From Bigelowiella natans CCMP2755 (taxonomy: Eukaryota; Protista; Cercozoa), in contig ADNK01000149.1 of NCBI GenBank assembly GCA_000320545.1, forward strand, positions 1 through 64,000: a DNA stretch of 64,000 nt, read 5' to 3'. How positions within the stretch are numbered: the first letter of the stretch is position 1; the number at the start of each line of letters is the position of its first letter. Shown here piece by piece: positions 14,418-28,152 of the stretch. The notes below the pieces were generated by a model that was not told where the DNA came from, made no database searches, and worked only from the letters and a program-made list of their open reading frames with translations. The position numbers were made by a program, and so were the translations under genes.

Positions 14418-15563
14418 GCATCAATCGCTATGTCGTGAGTCCAGATCCACGCATCGATGTGCATCAACTCGGGCAATTACGTTACATCTCACAGTAGTTA
14501 TTGTTGGACGTCACCGTGGCCCTAAAGGGTCGTTCATATCTTCAACAAATGACGAAACATATAACTAGATATTTGCTTACATTCAGTATGCATATGATGC
14601 ATGTCTAGGTCATGCCTAGGTGTGTCATCATGCATGCTAGCCTGACTATGTCTAGCCTTGCACGTACATGCTTACGAAAAAAATATTATTAGAGGCGATA
14701 TATTTGTCGTAAGGTGTGTTATCATACATACGTACGGTCGCGTTCACGCTACGATACATTACCCGCGCCTGGATGCATCCAATAGCGTGCACTACCAATG
14801 TAACACAGCGATGTTATATTACGGCTATACGTCTATCTGTGTCTGCATGCTGTCTGCGGTACAGATGACCCTTATCGCAGGTCGTACATCTAGACATTTA
14901 GACAGTCCTGCTAGGAGCAGCCTAACTATCTATGTCAATATATACCTACACAGTCACTAGCACGCAGCGTGCTAGCTGCTAGCGTGCGTGTGCGTCAAAC
15001 GATAATACATGTCTATAATAACGTCTTGCCACACATCTAGACATCTTTATAGACAAGGATTCCTGTGTCTATCATCATCTATTCTATGGACATGTGCTTG
15101 GCTGTGTGATGGCATATACCACACGCATATATGCTCATGTATTGTGAAGTTGAAGCGCTGTAGCCGCAGCATTGCAAAACTACGCATATTATTAAGATGA
15201 CAACTGAAAAAATATATATTCACTACATTATTACATCAGTCTCATATACATTGTGGGCGCGCTAGCGTGGTGCGATGCGCAGCACCATGCATCGATCGTA
15301 TCGCATCGCACAATTCAAGTCATTACATTTATTTTTGCGAAATGCGATTCAGAAGCTAATTTAATCATGACCTGGGTATTGGATAATGTGCCCAGTAATA
15401 ACGTGCAGGTTTAATGCACTATTTCTGCTAGAGTGTCTATGTAAGTGCATCAGTTATGCAGGTCTACCAAGATTCTTCATTTGCGAGAGGCCCTGGACAT
15501 GGTTTTGTGCCTTCGTAGTCAATTGATTTTATAGTTTTCGAGTGATACACTTTTATCCCCACT

Positions 15564-16260
15564 ATGGAGACACACGCCACACACGCACTTACAAGGAATA
15601 CAGCCAAAATTCCTTGTCGCCTACGAGATACAAACATAAATGAGATTGGTTCTCACCAACTAGTCTGTGGAGGGCTATGTGTTCCATTGAAAATTATTCT
15701 TATGAAAGCAAATGTTCGTTTTGTTTTCACAGTATTCGGGGTTTTGCGCTGTAAGTCCTCTATTTCGAGATCTTAAGATAAGATGTGAAGATTCGAATAT
15801 GTATTAGAAATCTCTCAAATTAGAAGTCTTACAGGGTGACAAGAAAGCTTGGAGGAGACGTGGGATCCTCGATGGGAATATCAAGGATTTCCGGACTGTG
15901 GGCGCCTCCGAGAAAAAGGTTCGCACCTCCCGCTGGCAGTTGCGTGAAATTACTTACTATACTATTTGATTCATGGGCAGGTTGTGGTCGTAGCGCTAAA
16001 GTTATCGAAGCAGCGCAGGATAGGAGGAAGAGGAAGGGGGAAGGGGATAAGCGAGGGTTCATGTGAAGATGGTGCCCTCTCCCCGCTCCATTCGAATTAT
16101 CAGATCTATCTTCGCATGGTTCTACGCATTTGTTCTCTATTTTTCATGAAAAAGGCCTACTTTTTCGAGAAAATCTGAGCATAGGTTGACATACAGTCAC
16201 CGTATGCCCGTATCACGGCATGTAACGTAGTGGGGGCAAATCTCTGGAGAGTCTCAAGGG
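15564..16260 (+). CDS. Possible small multi-exon hypothetical gene or gene fragment
   Basis: ATG at 15564 and AG/GT-bounded open segments (GDKKAWRRRGILDGNIKDFRTVGASEK ~15834-15917; VDIQSPYARITACNVVGANLWRVSRD ~16185-16262); no recognisable domain. Confidence 0.25.
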
Positions 16261-17265
16261 ACGTCATGACACAATCTCTGCAGAGTCTCTGCGAATTTGC
16301 AGAGGCGGCGTGACGTTATTCAACCTTGCAAATTGTGGATTTTGAGAAACAACATCTCTTTCATGTGTTCTTTTTGGACAGAAAAACAAGCCTAAAACAT
16401 TGCACATGCAAAGCCAATCCCTGACCTGACTTCCAGGGTCAGTGAAAACAACAAACAACACCTGAAGTTGGAGATGCAGATTTGGTCGCTCAACAAGGAA
16501 CTTCAACGGAGGGATTGTTCAGCGAGAAATGAAGACAATTGGAGGACGATGGTGGTGGTCTTCACTCCATGCCACTGCTAGACGTGCTGCGTGCTGTGAC
16601 GAACGTGCGATGTGCAACAAATTCCATTCAGATGGAAACCTGAAACATTCCCAAACAGAAATTCCGCATCGAGAACGTCGTGGGGGCTGCACAGCTTGAT
16701 GGTTGCGAGGAGAACTGGAGAGTTGCATTCCAAAATGGCCCTGCCAAATCTCAGACTTCCAATCGATTGTGCGCGTCAAATGAAATGAACCAACATGCCA
16801 TTTGCAAAGCCAACGAAGATGTTCTTTTGCGTCCACATGCTCACACGTGACAGAGACAGAGACATTTTTTTGCCGTCATCAGCAATGGCTTGAACGAAAC
16901 AGAAGCACAAAGCACACATTGCACGTGCTGAGATTTTGCACGCACTCAACAGCAATGATCGACAATGTGCATGCCGCAATGTGTGCACGTGATGCGTGCG
17001 ATGCATCTTGTGTCATGCTAACATTGACAAACGTTTGATGCATTGAGAACTTCGTGTGCGACGCACAAACGTCCATGGTGCAAGTTTGTTGCGACGAGCA
17101 TCGCAATGCACACACATGCTGTGATCTGTAGCAGCATGGTAGCAATTTGGCAAGGAAGGCCCGCATCACCATGGTTCGCAATGCACATTGCAGGGCTACA
17201 TTCCCGAAACAAACGGTAGTAGCAACAGGTACTTATTGAAAATTGTCGCTCATACAGAATCATTT

Positions 17266-19230
17266 TTACATTAAATCATTGGTCTGTGTCCGCGATTCAG
17301 GGAAAAATCCAGCCCCTGCGCCGCCGCTAGAGTTCCTGTAATGATTACTTGTAGGAGAAGGTGATGATATTTTCGATCTAGATTTATCCGACCCTCCGAG
17401 GGTTACGGGATTCATTGCTGATGTTCCCGGTCTCTTCATCTTATTTTCTATTTTGCTGTTGTAGTTGCTTTCCTTTTCGTCGATTCCTGATGAGGACATG
17501 GAGCTGTTTTTTTTATTTATCGGGCAAAGCACTGGATATTGCGGTGATGTTATCACTGTGTCCGGACAGTTGTTGCCTGCTGTTGGAGTAGAATATAGTG
17601 GTTGGGGAAAGTAGAAGTAATAATCGAAGTAGCAGCAGTAATAAAGTTAGAATTTCTTCTCTCATTCTCTTGATCACAATCTCACAATCCCACACCTGCT
17701 CTCGCTTGTTCGCCGCTGGGATTAATGTCGTCAATTTCCCCTTTCAGTCGCATCTTTCCTATACACTTTCGCATGAATTCCTGAGGGAGCATGGCTAGTT
17801 TCAGCATCGTGATAATTCTGAACTAGAAGAGGAGAAGGTATTCCAAAGCATTGCCAACGAACGTACTGATGATTTTGTTCTGGTTAAAATAGAGGTCTCC
17901 TTTCTCGTCTCGCAGCGAAATTTATCGATGGTATGCAAAGCTGACATTGCTTTCAAATCTCTCGTGGTTGCGGTGATGCAATAATTTATGTTGGGGAAGA
18001 ATAGCAACTACTGCAATAATATCTGTCGGATAGTAACCTGTAGTGATTCCGGTCGATCCGCCTCTGTGTAGCTATTGACACCTAAAGGAGTCAAGAGAAG
18101 GGCTTCAGAAGGTTTTTGTATGAGTAGTAGCAGCCAATCCCGCACATGAGCGGGAGAGAAAACAGTAGCCACCTATCATAACCATCATCATCATCATCAC
18201 CATCATCATCATTATCATTAAAACCCCACATCACCGACATGTCATCTCACCGAAGAGGCTTGTCTCGTATTTTAACAGGCGATCGAAGTACTGATTTTGG
18301 CGAACAGAAATGGCGCACCATCAACGGCATGAAAAAATACAACACACATACACACACACACACACACACCCAAACATGTTCAAATAGCAAAAATAATCGC
18401 GATGACTTTCACCACCGTACGAAAAGACATTCAAAAACAGATTCGAGCTATTCTTCTTGGCCGATGCACTATGCGGCACGTAGAAATAACCGCTATTTTT
18501 CTAAATAAATTAACCAGCATTGCGCTTATATTAAGTGGTCAATATATTCCTACGCTTACTTGTTGTTTTCGACCGAGCCCCCCATTCCCCATCTAACTGG
18601 CTAATCTACCTTTTCATGCGGGGATGCTTGAGGACGCTTTTTACGAACATACTCATAAGCCTGTCATGCAAGTACACACATAGTATAAATATGATGCATC
18701 TATGCAGCGGAAGATTAAAGTGAATCAGAGACACACGAGCAACAACTTTTATGTAGTCCAATATTTATATCCACAACCTCCTTCAAGCTCCATCGCTTAC
18801 TATGCATCAAATAGCCCTAAGAATTTAAGCAAAGAGTGAGTCAAGGAGAAAGAAGGTATAAACCACCTCAGATTGATGCTACTTCCTTTCACGTCCTTCT
18901 TCTTCTTCTCCTTCATCCCCCTCATGCACGCCCCCCATACACTACTACCACTGTTGTCGTAGGAGCTCGATTTACCCCCTGGGAACAAAATATTAAAATA
19001 CCCTTCCCCTGAAAATATACGAATTGCCGGTCAAAAGCGGACAGCAGCAATCAGAATGAAAATATGCTTTACAGATGACGATGTGCCGGTGGATGAAGGA
19101 AAAGAATAGAAAGAGAAAGAGAAAGAGAAATGGCCAAATCGATACCGGCGCAGCAAGACATAATTTCTATACGAACTCTACTGTGAGCATCAAATCCGCA
19201 CTGCTAAGTGCCATTCACTAGCTTCCATTG

Positions 19231-19266
<36 letters not shown>

Positions 19267-19267
19267 G

Positions 19268-19298
<31 letters not shown>

Positions 19299-21200
19299 CC
19301 TCTACTTGTGCCTTATCAATGAAAGGGAACACTTTCTTGAAAAAAACCTAGGAAAATATGAATAAATATATACTATGATTTGACGCTTGCAGCACGTCAA
19401 CTTCTACGAATTTTCTAACATGTACAAGGAGTACTTCTACTAATAGTCGTTCCTAATCACAATTCTTTAGCTATTATGAGTTTCCCCCGCCCTCATATCT
19501 TACGCACATTGAGATCCGTTCGACCGTAGTCCGAGAGGGGACAATGCATCAATTTAAAATCCTTAGGAGGCATTCTGACGACGACAAGTGTAAAGAGGGT
19601 TTGGGTAGTAATGACAATGGTGAAAACTAAGAGTAATTCGGGTGCTAGTATGAAAGTGACCCTCCCAATGAGGAGAATTTATCATGCGATTTGGGTTGTT
19701 TCAAAAACTAAAAGCATACAGAACTTCTTCCTCCCTCAACACTCGTAAGCACTCCAATTACCTAGTAGAACCCTTGACGCAAAGGAGGTAACTAATACTC
19801 CTATACGGAAAGAAAGGAAGAAAGAGAAAGGGGAAGGAAGGGTGATGTTTTGGCCACAAAGATGGGTTGTTGTCATCGAGTATCGTCGACAAGAATACTT
19901 GGCTCGGAGAAGGGCATGGTCGCAGCTCTGGGCGTAGCTGCCAACGTAGAGGTTTGGGATGATTTCACTTGGGATACGATAGGCACGTCGCCGCCGCTCC
20001 TACAGCGACCAAAATTACAGGGGGAAAGGGACGAAGAAAAGAACGAAAAGCGAAAATGAGGAAGTGTACGGGGCTTGCAACAACATTGAGAAGCAAACAT
20101 CTTACATCAATTAATCTATCATGCCGCCACTGCCATAATCATTCACGCAACAACGACACTATGATTTCACTACATCAACACTAAAGATAGGGTAACCCAC
20201 AAAAATAGCCTTATCCGTATCGTCGTCATCGTCACCGACGTCGTTATCATCGTCCACGGCGGTAGTATTGTGTTCTGCTTTGTCAGTGCTATCTTCAGCG
20301 AGCAAGGAATTTGTGCGTAGACTTTGGGTTTCATTCTTGAGGCTTCGAAGGTTGCTACCCAATGATGAAGCGGAACTGTTTGTTTTTGTCGTCTTACATC
20401 TGCTGAGTGCTGGCTGACAGCCATCATCCGCCAGAGAGGAACTGGTTGATGGCGGACGTTCCTGCTTCTGAATGGTCTTGGGACACTCAGAAGCTATATC
20501 CTTCTCTTTTTTTAACTGCGCCATTGTACCTAATATAATTTATATCTCTGATGTGTCTTCAGCGTGTGTGAGAGAGTTTAGTGTGTGACTGTATGCGAAC
20601 ACTTGTAAGGGCTATTCGCAAGCCTGCATAGTTCGTACTTATTTGTGCTTCATCTTTCGTTATTTTGGAGCGGGATCGCGAAGATGACTTCGAATATCGT
20701 CTTTTGGAGGATCGGGAGCATGATCTAGACCTTTGGTATTAGAGGGCGTGAATCGTTGGAAATACAAAATGGATGTGACCCATACCGGTCTTGGCGTGAA
20801 CTTGACATGCTGGCACCCATTATTAGGTCTTCCAGCCCTCTCTCCGCTCGTATCAACCTTGAACGAACTGTTTGGAGGATGAAAGATTTAATAACAGCAG
20901 ATGGCGCTAAAGGAGATATGTTCGTATCAGATGCATCAGATGTTACACATTCCATGAGCAGTTCGGCTACCATGAGGAGTGTGTAGTCGCTTAGTGTCCT
21001 CGAGTGTCCCTTTCAATTACTACGACAATCTACATGTTGTGTCGCAAGGATAGAACTCCTTTCTTTCTTACTTAGTGAGCTACCCCGTGCAAAATTGTCG
21101 AGGGTTCTTCTTCTACGACAACTTTCATGGATCATCGGTTCGACGGATTCTTCTTCTGTCAACCACCTCATCCACTTTGGAAATGTAGTTCTTCATCATT
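17266..21200 (-). CDS. Dual-specificity protein phosphatase (DSP/MKP-like), multi-exon, Ser-rich N- and C-terminal regions
   Basis: Minus-strand exons in canonical DSP order: EPSILVDD (~19900), VLLG (~19765), FKLMHCPLSDYGRTDL (19561-19504), FFKKVFPFIDKAQ (~19348-19300), GVNRAPTT (~18978-18950), GYLMHSKRWSLKE (~18826-18785), AYEYVRKKRP (~18660-18630). The His-Cys part of the P-loop exon could not be placed. Confidence 0.7.
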
Positions 21201-22408
21201 GTTTCATTGTTTCATCCACGCTGTCAGGAAGTTCCTGCTCAGGATGGATGCTTTGCGTCGTCGTCACTGTCGTCACTCAGCTGTCAGTTGTGATGCATTC
21301 AGTGTTTAGTTCGTGCCAATTTGTGCATAATTTGCATGAACCCTGCTAGCTTGCAAGTCAGTCCTCACTGAAGCCAGTTCGAGCTAGCGAGGCACAACAT
21401 GCACGTGCCAGCGTGTTGCAAGTGTCTTGTCACACTTTGGAGATGCAGTTTTTCATCATTGTTCATTGTTCATTGTTCTTGTGCGGTGGTCCTGAACCGA
21501 AACTCAAAACTGCATGAGATTTGCATGAGATGCGAGGGACAGACTCCTCTCCAATGTGAGTGTGGCCTAGGACCTGCTAGCCTGGTTCGCCTGCTTGCTG
21601 CTCCTTCGTTCACGCAGCATGGTTCTGACTCCTTCAAAACTGAAGTGTTGCTGGGTGCTCCCTCGGCTGATCCGATCGTTAACCATCGCACAGACATGGC
21701 TGTGGAAAGACAATCAATTGCAGCATGCAAAACGCAGTGTCTCGAAACAGGTGCAGTGAGGTCCAGCTGGTTGGCTGGTGAAATCAGCATCTGCACGTTC
21801 CCTGCTAGCCTGTCGTCGACGTTGTGCATGCATTGATAGGCTTGGCGCGCAGCAGCGCGGTTTGAGTTTCTTTCTCACATTCTCAGTTGCAGTCAGTCGT
21901 TCCGTCTCGGCATTCATTGTTGTGTGCACTGATGTCTTGTTTTTTCCCTGGCCAGCATGATGAACGTAACATGCTAGGCATGTTAGCACGTGCGATGCGC
22001 AGACACGCACATGCATACATTGAGTTCACATTGCACTGCTATTTACGAAGTGCACACATAGACATCTGGATATGATGGCATCAAAATCTCTGCTAGAATT
22101 GTGCGCGCGCATGTTCGTGACAGAGACATTTCCATGAATGATGGCAGTGCAACAAGACGCAACAGGTGGGCATCGGAGCGACAGAATGTGGCGGGGAAAA
22201 ACTAATAGAAAACGAAGTCTCAACCTTAACAAATTCTCCAACCCGCATCGACATGTTATTGTACCAAGCGTAATGTTTGAGAAAACTATTGGGACAACCA
22301 TGGCAATCATCATTGCAATGAAATATTATAGGGACTATATAATATATGTGATGTCTCGGGAGAGTCTCGACGACCTCTTCTTCCTCTACCAAACCATCCA
22401 TCCATCTG

Positions 22409-24190
22409 CTATGGCACAGCTCCACCCTGCTTTTTCGCTCGTCCACTTTGTTTATACTTTCGCACCATTCTACGTAAACGACGAGCCGTGGTTCGATCAC
22501 TTTGCAATGAAGAAGGGATTTCTTTGGCATCTATGAGCGTCGTTGCAGGAGAGTCTAGCTTCTTGTCTCTATACAGTTTCTCATGTAGTCGTTCTGGCAG
22601 AAAGGCTTCGGCAACATGCTCCCAGCCTTCCCCTACAACTGTGAGGGTGGGAATATAGAAGGTAAGTGGTAACACGGTAAAAAACAATTAAATGCGAATC
22701 ATAGAAAGGAAAATGCTGCTACTGCTGCTGCTGCTGATGATTACTTTTGCAATAGGATGTACATGTAAACGCACAAACACAAATACACATACGTGTTTGG
22801 AACGTTGATCGCGCATGTCGAGCTCTCTTTGCAGTGTTGACACTCTGATATTCCCAATCATCAGCAAAGTCGAATGCATCAATAGAAATTCTACTCAAAA
22901 TGCCAATAATCACACCACAGTTCTGAAACACCTTTTAATCGAAATTACAAATGATGAATGCTGCTTTTTTTTCGTATATCAGAATGATCTCACCACCACG
23001 ATGATTCTGCAAATGATGATCGGCAAAACCCACAAATATATGCTTCGCCTCCACCTTACTGTTTCAAAAGAAAATGCGACTGATAGGTGCTATATTTCCC
23101 TCCTTAAATTCCTTTTATCATACTTCCTAATGTGACCTCATCTAGCTTCGGGATCATAGCACTGAAAGCGTTCGCCATGTCCCACTATGTGCGTCATACC
23201 AAAAGGAAACAAATATAAGCACAACGTTCTTCTCACTCTTTATCGTTCAAAATTTATTTTGTTCGCTTTCCTTAAAACTTGAAAAATGAGGTTTATATTT
23301 TAGAGAGATAGAATTCAGCCTTAAAACACACGCACACGCGTGCAAGCAAGAAACACAAATTCTCTTCAAGGAGAGTGGAAGTGAAGACTGACCATCATTT
23401 TCTCACTTTCCTCCTCATCCTGGACCTGCATTCGCTTCTTGTGCGTGTCTGCCATACTCTCATACGCTATCTGGAGCCGTTTCCTCTCGATTTGATCAAG
23501 CATTTCCTTCACCATAAATTTTGATTCTGGTGCGCTCGAGTCGCCGCTCCGCTCTATCTCCTTTAGCACCTTGATTTCACCCTGACACCGCTCTTGTAAC
23601 ATCTTCATAGTGTCAACATTGTCATACTCGGAATCGTTACGGTAGCGTGCCTCATTGGCGACAGTATTCTGCAACCAGTGGTCACGCTCTCGCAGCTTCG
23701 CAATCTGGCTCTTATCGGAGATGTCCAATGCGTTGAGATACCGCCCAAGCTTTCGTTGCACACGACTCTCTGCTTGAGCTCCTGATATTGGTTTGCTTTT
23801 GTACTTCTCACTCTTTCGCAGATATTCATGAATGTTGCTGGCCTGCGTGGGATAAGGGTTAATCGTATCATAAAACTCACCTCATAAAAACCCAAAAAAT
23901 GCTAAGAAGTTCCAAAAATTATGCCCTCAATCCATCCATCCCTCTCTCCCTCAGCTAGTTTCCTGCTTTCGTGTTTTATCTTTTCGTATCGCCGCAACCT
24001 GGATCGGTTTCACGATTCTGAACTTGTCATGCGTGAACTTCTGCATCTTCCTGTCCTGCCCGTGGGATCGTTTATTTTTCTTTCTTCCAAGAGATGGCTG
24101 CATCCTTCCCTGACGAAAGATGATCAGGCATGCGGCCAAGAGCAGGAGGAGGGGCGCCAAGGATCCGGCTCGGGGCCGGTCGGCCTGCAT
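22409..24190 (-). CDS. Hypothetical protein with N-terminal signal/anchor and charged coiled-coil region
   Basis: ATG 24190: MQADRPRAGSLAPLLLLLAACLIIF; long open exon ~23841-23390 (ASNIHEYLRKSEK...KLRERDHW...EMLDQIERKRLQ); last exon ends at stop 22409. Confidence 0.6.
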
Positions 24191-24594
24191 GAATCTCAGT
24201 GTGTGTGATTCGATCGATGTCGGGGTATATGTTGTACTTTCCGATGCGGAATTCAGTTTAAATATTTTAGGATATATGTCAGTGTTTGTCAATAGTTTAC
24301 GAGAAGATTCACGAGACGAATTGCTATTTCCTCTGAGAACAAACCTCTTTGAAGTGTCGCTCTCTGGCGGTCAAACCTCCGGTGAGGAACAGAGTTGGTT
24401 TTACCTGGGAAGAAGAAGAAACGATGGTGAAATTGATGTCGCAGGAGTAAAAACCGCATGTCTTTTCCTCTAAAACGTCTGACACGTGGTTGCTCTCTAT
24501 GGAGGACCAGCTGCATTGCTAACTGGGCCCTTTTCATCCCGGTTGCAACCCCCTCCCTGGCCTTAGCACGTCATCGTTCGGAAAATATTCGGAG
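24191..24594. promoter_or_regulatory. Probable bidirectional promoter between head-to-head genes
   Basis: 404 bp, microsatellite-free, between ATG 24190 (-) and ATG 24595 (+). Confidence 0.45.
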
Positions 24595-27394
24595 ATGCTC
24601 AGTAGTCAAGCCTTAAGGGCGATATGCACGTTGATGTTTCTCTCGCCCTCTTTGGCGGTCTCGAGGACGGCTCTGGCGCGACGCTTTGTTTCTCGCTTCC
24701 GAGCCCAATCTAGCAGCAGACACATTGGCGAGGGTGAGCGATGTCGCTCTCAAAATAACATGCATAACTTACCTGCGAGTGCTCGTGTGCACAAATCCGT
24801 CCGCTTGCATACTGAAACAAGCTAACTGTTTGTCACGGTCGCGTCGTCGATTGTTGTACTGGTCTCGATGTTCTATCCTCCTTAGTTGATAGCATCAGAT
24901 GCCTCACTCGTACAAAGTCTAAGCGACTCAACTCTTGTCGTACTTTCCATCCTGGCCTCGTCGCTGCTCATCGGTGTCGCTGCCTTGCCACATCTACTTC
25001 AGTATCTATCAACGGCGATGATGCGAAGCAGAGAACGACATCGACGTCACACTCTTCAACATCCCTGTCTCACGAAGTTCCCCATGTCGTCATCGTAGGT
25101 GGTGGGTGGGCAGGTTTCGGCGCCGCAGAAGCTCTTTCCGGATTCGTCGAGAAAGGCGCCCTCAAGGTAACGTTGCTAGAGGCCAGCGCGCGTGGACCGG
25201 GGGGTCTCGCAGCTGGATGGAAGACGCCAAAGGGTCGCCCTGTTGAGGTACCTGTGGTAGAAATATAACGATGATCATTGAAAAGAAATGTCGTCTACAA
25301 TCCTTCGCACCGATAGCCCACTTAATGGTTGCTATTGCTAAGGCTACTCCATTCTTTCTCTCTTACGTGTTGGTCAATTACGTCAGGTCGGTCTGCATGG
25401 TTTCTGGCGCAATTATCGCAATATTGACAGGCTGGTGACGGAGGTACTCGGACTTTCGGGTGACAAGTCTCCCTTTACGCCATACACGGAATCCTCGCTA
25501 TTCACAAGTAATAAGAACCATGATGGAAATCGCAAAGGTGGTGATAGCTCCCCTCCTCCATCTAGCCTCAGCGTTGTCGCTCCCGTTCTCGGATCTCTGC
25601 CTCGGTTGCCAGCCCCCCTGGGTAGTGCTGTGTGGCCAAGCTTTGGCTCGGAACTTGGCTTGTTAGACCGTGCGACTGCTGTCTCCCTCCTCGGTCCCTG
25701 GCTCGACTTCGATGGCTCGGATTCCGCATGGTCTTTGTACGACGAAGAAAGCGCAGCCGGTCTTCTAAAGCCTCCTTTCTCTTTCCCTTTTCCTCTCATT
25801 CCGCCTCTGTCTCCCTCGATCAACAATGGAAATATCAAGCATGGTGATAACTTGGGACTAGGGCGGTTTGTCGCCGGCGCAGGGGTGTCAGATGCGCTGT
25901 ACGACCGATTTCTTGAACCGATGTTGCTGGTGCTGCCCATGGCTCCAGGGGCTGAAATTTCTGCCGCGGCCGCCTTGTCTTGCTTTTCCTTTTTTGCACT
26001 TGAGCACCAAGGCGATTTCGATGTGCGCTGGCTGCGTGGCAGCGCAACGAGCACCATATTTGCCCCATGGCGAAGGAGGTTAGAAGCCCGTGGCGTTACG
26101 ATACGCGATGGTGCGAGAGCAGAGGAGTTTGAGTTCTCCGATCGAGGCAAAGCCCAAACTGGGAATGAGGCGTGGGAGGAAGGCAGCTATACCAATACTG
26201 CTGGGCGGAGAGTGACAGCCGTTAAAGCCGCGATAACGTCGTCGCAGGAGCCAGAGGAGCTAAGAATACCATGTGATGCTGTGATCAACGCGGTTTCAAT
26301 ATCTGCGGTACAAAAGATGGTCAGAAACCCTCGCAACGAGGCGCTTGCAGCACTCCCAGAGTTTCAGCGGCTTCTACGACTGCGTGCCGTCGGCGTCGTT
26401 GCTGTCCGATTATGGTTGGATGAAGATATTGGGAAATATGCACCTAAACACACAGCAAGCAACGTTTGTGGGGGTGGCATGATCGAAGAGCTCGAGGATA
26501 TCGGCTTCACATTCTACTGGGTCTTCTTTATTTTGATCTGAAATTGTCTATCATCATCATCCTCATCATCGTCATCCTCATCATCATCATCACGTCTCTA
26601 CTACCTCGGTCTTCCTTCCTTCTCTGATTAAATTTTCTCATGAATCTGACCAATCCGATATCTACCATGACAGGTAAATGAGCTACAGCCTGAAGGAGGA
26701 GGTGGAGAGGGAGAGAAGACGACATCTACAGGCGGCACCGTGCTCGAAGTGGACTTCTATAACGCGGATCCAATTCTCGGCCTGAGTGACAAGGCGATGG
26801 TAGACATGACCGTGCGAGCCCTCGAGGCTGCAAGCCCCGCTTGCTTCGGCTCTGGTCGCGTATCTGGACACATCGACGATTTCGCCGTCGTGCGAGCTCC
26901 GGCCGCTGTATCGCACTTTGCGCCAGGAACCTTCAAGAACTTGCCTAAGATACGAGCAACTTCGATTGACAACTGGTCATGGCCTGTGCGCGGGGAGAAT
27001 GAAAATTTAAATACGAAACATAGATAGGGGTGAGTAGGAGCAAGACAAAGCAGTAAGATGTCCTTAATACCTGCATGTATTGTTAATTGTTTATTGATTA
27101 TGGGTTGATGTGTTCTTTTGTAGGTCCAATGCTGGTGATTTCGTAGATCGAGGTGGTCACCGCTCTTGGAGCCAAGAAAAGGCTTTGGTCACAGGGTACT
27201 TCTAAAATCTAATGATGTTCGTTGTTGCTGGACATTGACCTTCCCTCGATCTACACACGCAGTTCTCACATGTACACTACATTAAGTCGCGTCTTTCTAT
27301 CAACATACTACGATGACTTGCTCACAGATACCAGGCTGCATTGGCGACGGTAGAAGCATTGGCCTCAGAAGAGGAGCTAAAAAGTATTTCATCG

Positions 27395-27427
<33 letters not shown>

Positions 27428-27613
27428 AGTGAAGGGAAAGATCAGGCTGGAAAAACTCACGGACGCATTCGTCGTCTACTCGATACAAAGAGTGTCATGC
27501 CACCAGTTTTAGACGTAGAACCTGACGAACCACACGTAGCAGCTGGGCGTGAGGTTCTTCGTAACACTCGCAGCTTGCTCAATGGTATGATAAGTACCCT
27601 TCCGCAGCGATAG
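24595..27613 (+). CDS. FAD-dependent oxidoreductase, amine-oxidase / zeta-carotene-desaturase-like family (cyanobacterial/plant type), with a putative bipartite plastid-targeting presequence
   Basis: Rossmann motif HVVIVGGGWAGFGAAEAL (25083-), GGLAAGWKTPKGRPVE|VGLHGFWRNYRNI, LPRLPAPLG, LDFDGSDSAWSLYD, FLEPMLL..APG..SAAA, HQGDFDVRWLRG..IFAPW, VLEVDFYNAD, AVSHFAPG, NAGDFV...WSQEKALVTGY, VEPDEPH. Proposed introns: 24734-24885, 25248-25386, ~26521-26673, 26976-27123, 27196-27327. Confidence 0.85.
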
Positions 27614-27858
27614 GTCACCAAAAACTATCGGGTAACAATATACTGCAGGATCTGCATATGTGCAGCATAGTGTAATTGTAGCGAGGAAGTCGAATTTGGC
27701 TGCTTAATGCCAGCGCTGCTGTACAGTGGACTTAATGTCTATAATATGTACAAAGACCCGCTTTCTCACGATTACTACCTCACGGTTGGTTGGGCTATGC
27801 ATAATGAATGCATCATTTGATGTGTAAATCACAAGCTACAAAACTAGCCCATGTACAT

Positions 27859-27898
<40 letters not shown>

Positions 27899-28152
27899 TC
27901 ATGTCAATGCATACCTTGACTCAGCGACGCCGCACATGTTATTGCTAGGTAGATGTACATAGCTAGTGCATCAAGCATTGATACTATCACATGCCAATAT
28001 GCCACATGTGCATAATTAGATATATCTTCATACATGGCCCCATGACTAGCAGTAAGCCGTAGGTTAGTTTCAATGAATAAATGTTAATGGCTGGATAATT
28101 AGATTTTCTACCATGAAATGTAAGATATTCAAGGTCTAGGGCTGTTTACGTA

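Noticed and set aside
18950-19200. Possible atypical DSP P-loop 'SCCAGVNRA'
   Set aside because: The exon phases do not join without a one-base change in a G run, so the loop cannot be resolved from sequence alone.
22093-22536. Overlapping ORFs 22138-22536 (+) and 22093-22530 (-)
   Set aside because: No recognisable domain; they overlap the 3' end of the minus-strand gene and a TGCA-rich tract.
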